64,000 nucleotides of DNA, taken from NCBI GenBank assembly GCA_017857235.1, contig JAFMDN010000003.1, positions 2,005 to 66,004 on the forward strand, read 5' to 3'. Origin of the DNA: Methanobacteriota archaeon (GTDB taxonomy: Archaea; Thermoplasmatota; Thermoplasmata; Thermoplasmatales; GCA-001856825). Under the pieces are notes generated by a model. It had not been told where the DNA came from, did no database searches, and worked only from the letters and a program-made list of their open reading frames with translations. Made by a program: the position numbers and the translations under genes. Positions 62,851 to 64,000 of the stretch are shown in pieces (position 1 is the first letter of the stretch; every line of letters begins with the position of its first letter).

Positions 62851-64000
62851 AATATTCCACCCGTAATATCTATTTCACCTATTGCAAGTGGCATTTTAAG
62901 ACCTATTTGTTTCAAAATTTTTGGATGAACTTCACCAAAGAATCCTACCTGTTTTCCCTTAATAAGTATTTTTGCAGCCCGTCCATCAATAAATAATTCG
63001 TGCTCAAATTTATCCATTTCATATTCCAATCCTAAATCTTCCAGCAATCCTATAAAGATACCTTTTATTTCGGAAAATGATGCTTGACGGTGACAACTTG
63101 CTATACCTAAGCTTTCGTATTGTATTCCATTCCTTAAAACTGTACCAATTTCAAATATTCTTTGTGGATATGGGTTTCTTGTATTATTTAGAAGTGATTG
63201 AATTAGCGATATGGAAATCCTTGGCCTTATAACATCTTGCTCAAGTGTCACAGGGTTTAATATCTTTATATATTCGTTGGAAAAACCGAAAATTCTGTTG
63301 TAAGACCCGTTTATTAACGCAAAATTTGAAGTTTCCACATAACCATATCCAACCATAAGTTCTCTTAGTTTATATTGTATATCCCTTAATTCGTGCCCCT
63401 TTCCGATTGTCGTGAAATCTTCTTTTGATTCCTTTAAATTTTCATATCCGTACCCTTTTAAAACATCTTCTATAAAGTCTATCTCCCCAAAAATATCTAT
63501 TCTATACTCGGGAGCATAAGCGATTTTATTTTTAACCTCATAACCCATTTTTAACAAGGATCTTTCAATTTCTTCATAGGGTATTTCCATACCACTTATC
63601 TCTTTTACCTTCTTTTCATCTATTTTCCAACTTTCTTTAGTTAAAATAGGATATTTGATGCCAGAAACATTAACTTCATAAACTTCACCAGTAGGGTATG
63701 ATAATGAGCCTATTAAGAGGTTTAATACCTTTTGAACTGTAGACAAGTCAGTTCCTGTCACATCTATGAAGAAATCTTTCACCCCATCTTTCAATGCTGT
63801 TATGTTTGAGTTCAAAATTGGTGGAAGTGATATAATATTACCTTCTATATCCAGAATTGCTGTAATATTCTCTCCTACTAGATTTCCATATTCTTTAGCC
63901 TTATCATTCGTCTGCATGAATTCTTTAAGACTAATTGCTTGAGTTTCGCCTAAAGGTGTGAATTCGTAATTTCTTGGTACTTCAGTGTAAGTAAGCGGGA
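62847..64000 (-). CDS. pheT: Phenylalanyl-tRNA synthetase beta subunit, archaeal type; N-terminus beyond the right window edge
   Basis: ISLPPILNSNITALKDGVKDFFIDVTGTD (B3/4 domain) and the C-terminal catalytic-like fold. Hand translation upstream of the track Met (…PLTYTEVPRNYEFTPLGETQAISLKEFMQTND) stays open to nt 64000, so the gene is 5'-truncated by the window. Confidence 0.8.
   Translation of the reverse strand, partial: PLTYTEVPRNYEFTPLGETQAISLKEFMQTNDKAKEYGNLVGENITAILDIEGNIISLPPILNSNITALKDGVKDFFIDVTGTDLSTVQKVLNLLIGSLSYPTGEVYEVNVSGIKYPILTKESWKIDEKKVKEISGMEIPYEEIERSLLKMGYEVKNKIAYAPEYRIDIFGEIDFIEDVLKGYGYENLKESKEDFTTIGKGHELRDIQYKLRELMVGYGYVETSNFALINGSYNRIFGFSNEYIKILNPVTLEQDVIRPRISISLIQSLLNNTRNPYPQRIFEIGTVLRNGIQYESLGIASCHRQASFSEIKGIFIGLLEDLGLEYEMDKFEHELFIDGRAAKILIKGKQVGFFGEVHPKILKQIGLKMPLAIGEIDITGGIL

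Noticed and set aside
1-64000. Looked for CRISPR arrays, IS elements/transposases, integrases, long terminal or tandem DNA repeats, and rRNA or other GC-rich structured RNAs.
   Set aside because: I saw no regularly spaced direct repeats, no transposase- or integrase-like translations, and no GC-rich islands other than the two tRNAs. Absence is based on visual reading only; a repeat finder and Infernal would be needed to be certain.

Overview
This is an AT-rich, very gene-dense archaeal chromosome segment with about 60 protein genes and 2 tRNAs. Many genes overlap at start/stop by 1, 4 or 8 nt. I saw no rRNA, CRISPR array, IS element, integrase or prophage signature. By inference the source is an acidophilic Thermoplasmatales-like euryarchaeon. 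The supporting gene content is a thermopsin-family acid protease, an A1AO ATPase, archaeal-type LeuRS/GluRS/PheRS-beta, EndA, Nob1, pyruvoyl arginine decarboxylase, an HPS-RraA fusion, and exported proteins saturated with N-x-S/T sequons. Layout: (1) 1-9 kb is housekeeping: thermopsin, tRNA-Leu, purC, pdxS, PfkB kinase, M20 hydrolase, MFS, and a NAD kinase/JAMM/ComB-like operon. (2) 9-11 kb holds a GT-C-like membrane glycosyltransferase. (3) 11-18.5 kb holds HPS-RraA, panE, iorBA and a four-subunit 2-oxoacid:ferredoxin oxidoreductase in one co-directional string. (4) 18.7-20.9 kb holds two uncharacterised proteins plus a crotonase. (5) 21-28 kb holds leuS, pdaD, an atypical small GTPase coupled to endA, nob1, nth, usp and an RNase-H-fold candidate. 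(6) 28-35 kb holds the standout feature: a 2033-aa AglB/STT3 oligosaccharyltransferase with a ~1100-aa sequon-rich beta-sandwich extension and a second membrane anchor, translationally coupled to a small related surface protein. (7) 35-45 kb holds a DUF255 thioredoxin-like protein and a complete A-type ATPase operon in the order K-E-C-F-A-B-D-H-I, followed by tRNA-Gly. (8) 46-51 kb holds a tightly coupled homogentisate (tyrosine) degradation operon headed by a heme-oxygenase-like iron enzyme. (9) 50.7-59.2 kb looks like an accessory glycan/lipid-modification island: four SAM methyltransferases, a GT-C, two GT2 enzymes including a Dol-P-sugar-synthase-like one, and a membrane-associated nucleotidyltransferase. 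(10) 59-64 kb holds DUF72, a PRC-barrel protein, gltX, a NOG1-like GTPase and a partial pheT. All functional calls come from reading motifs in the supplied translations and the raw sequence. No database search or structure prediction was possible.
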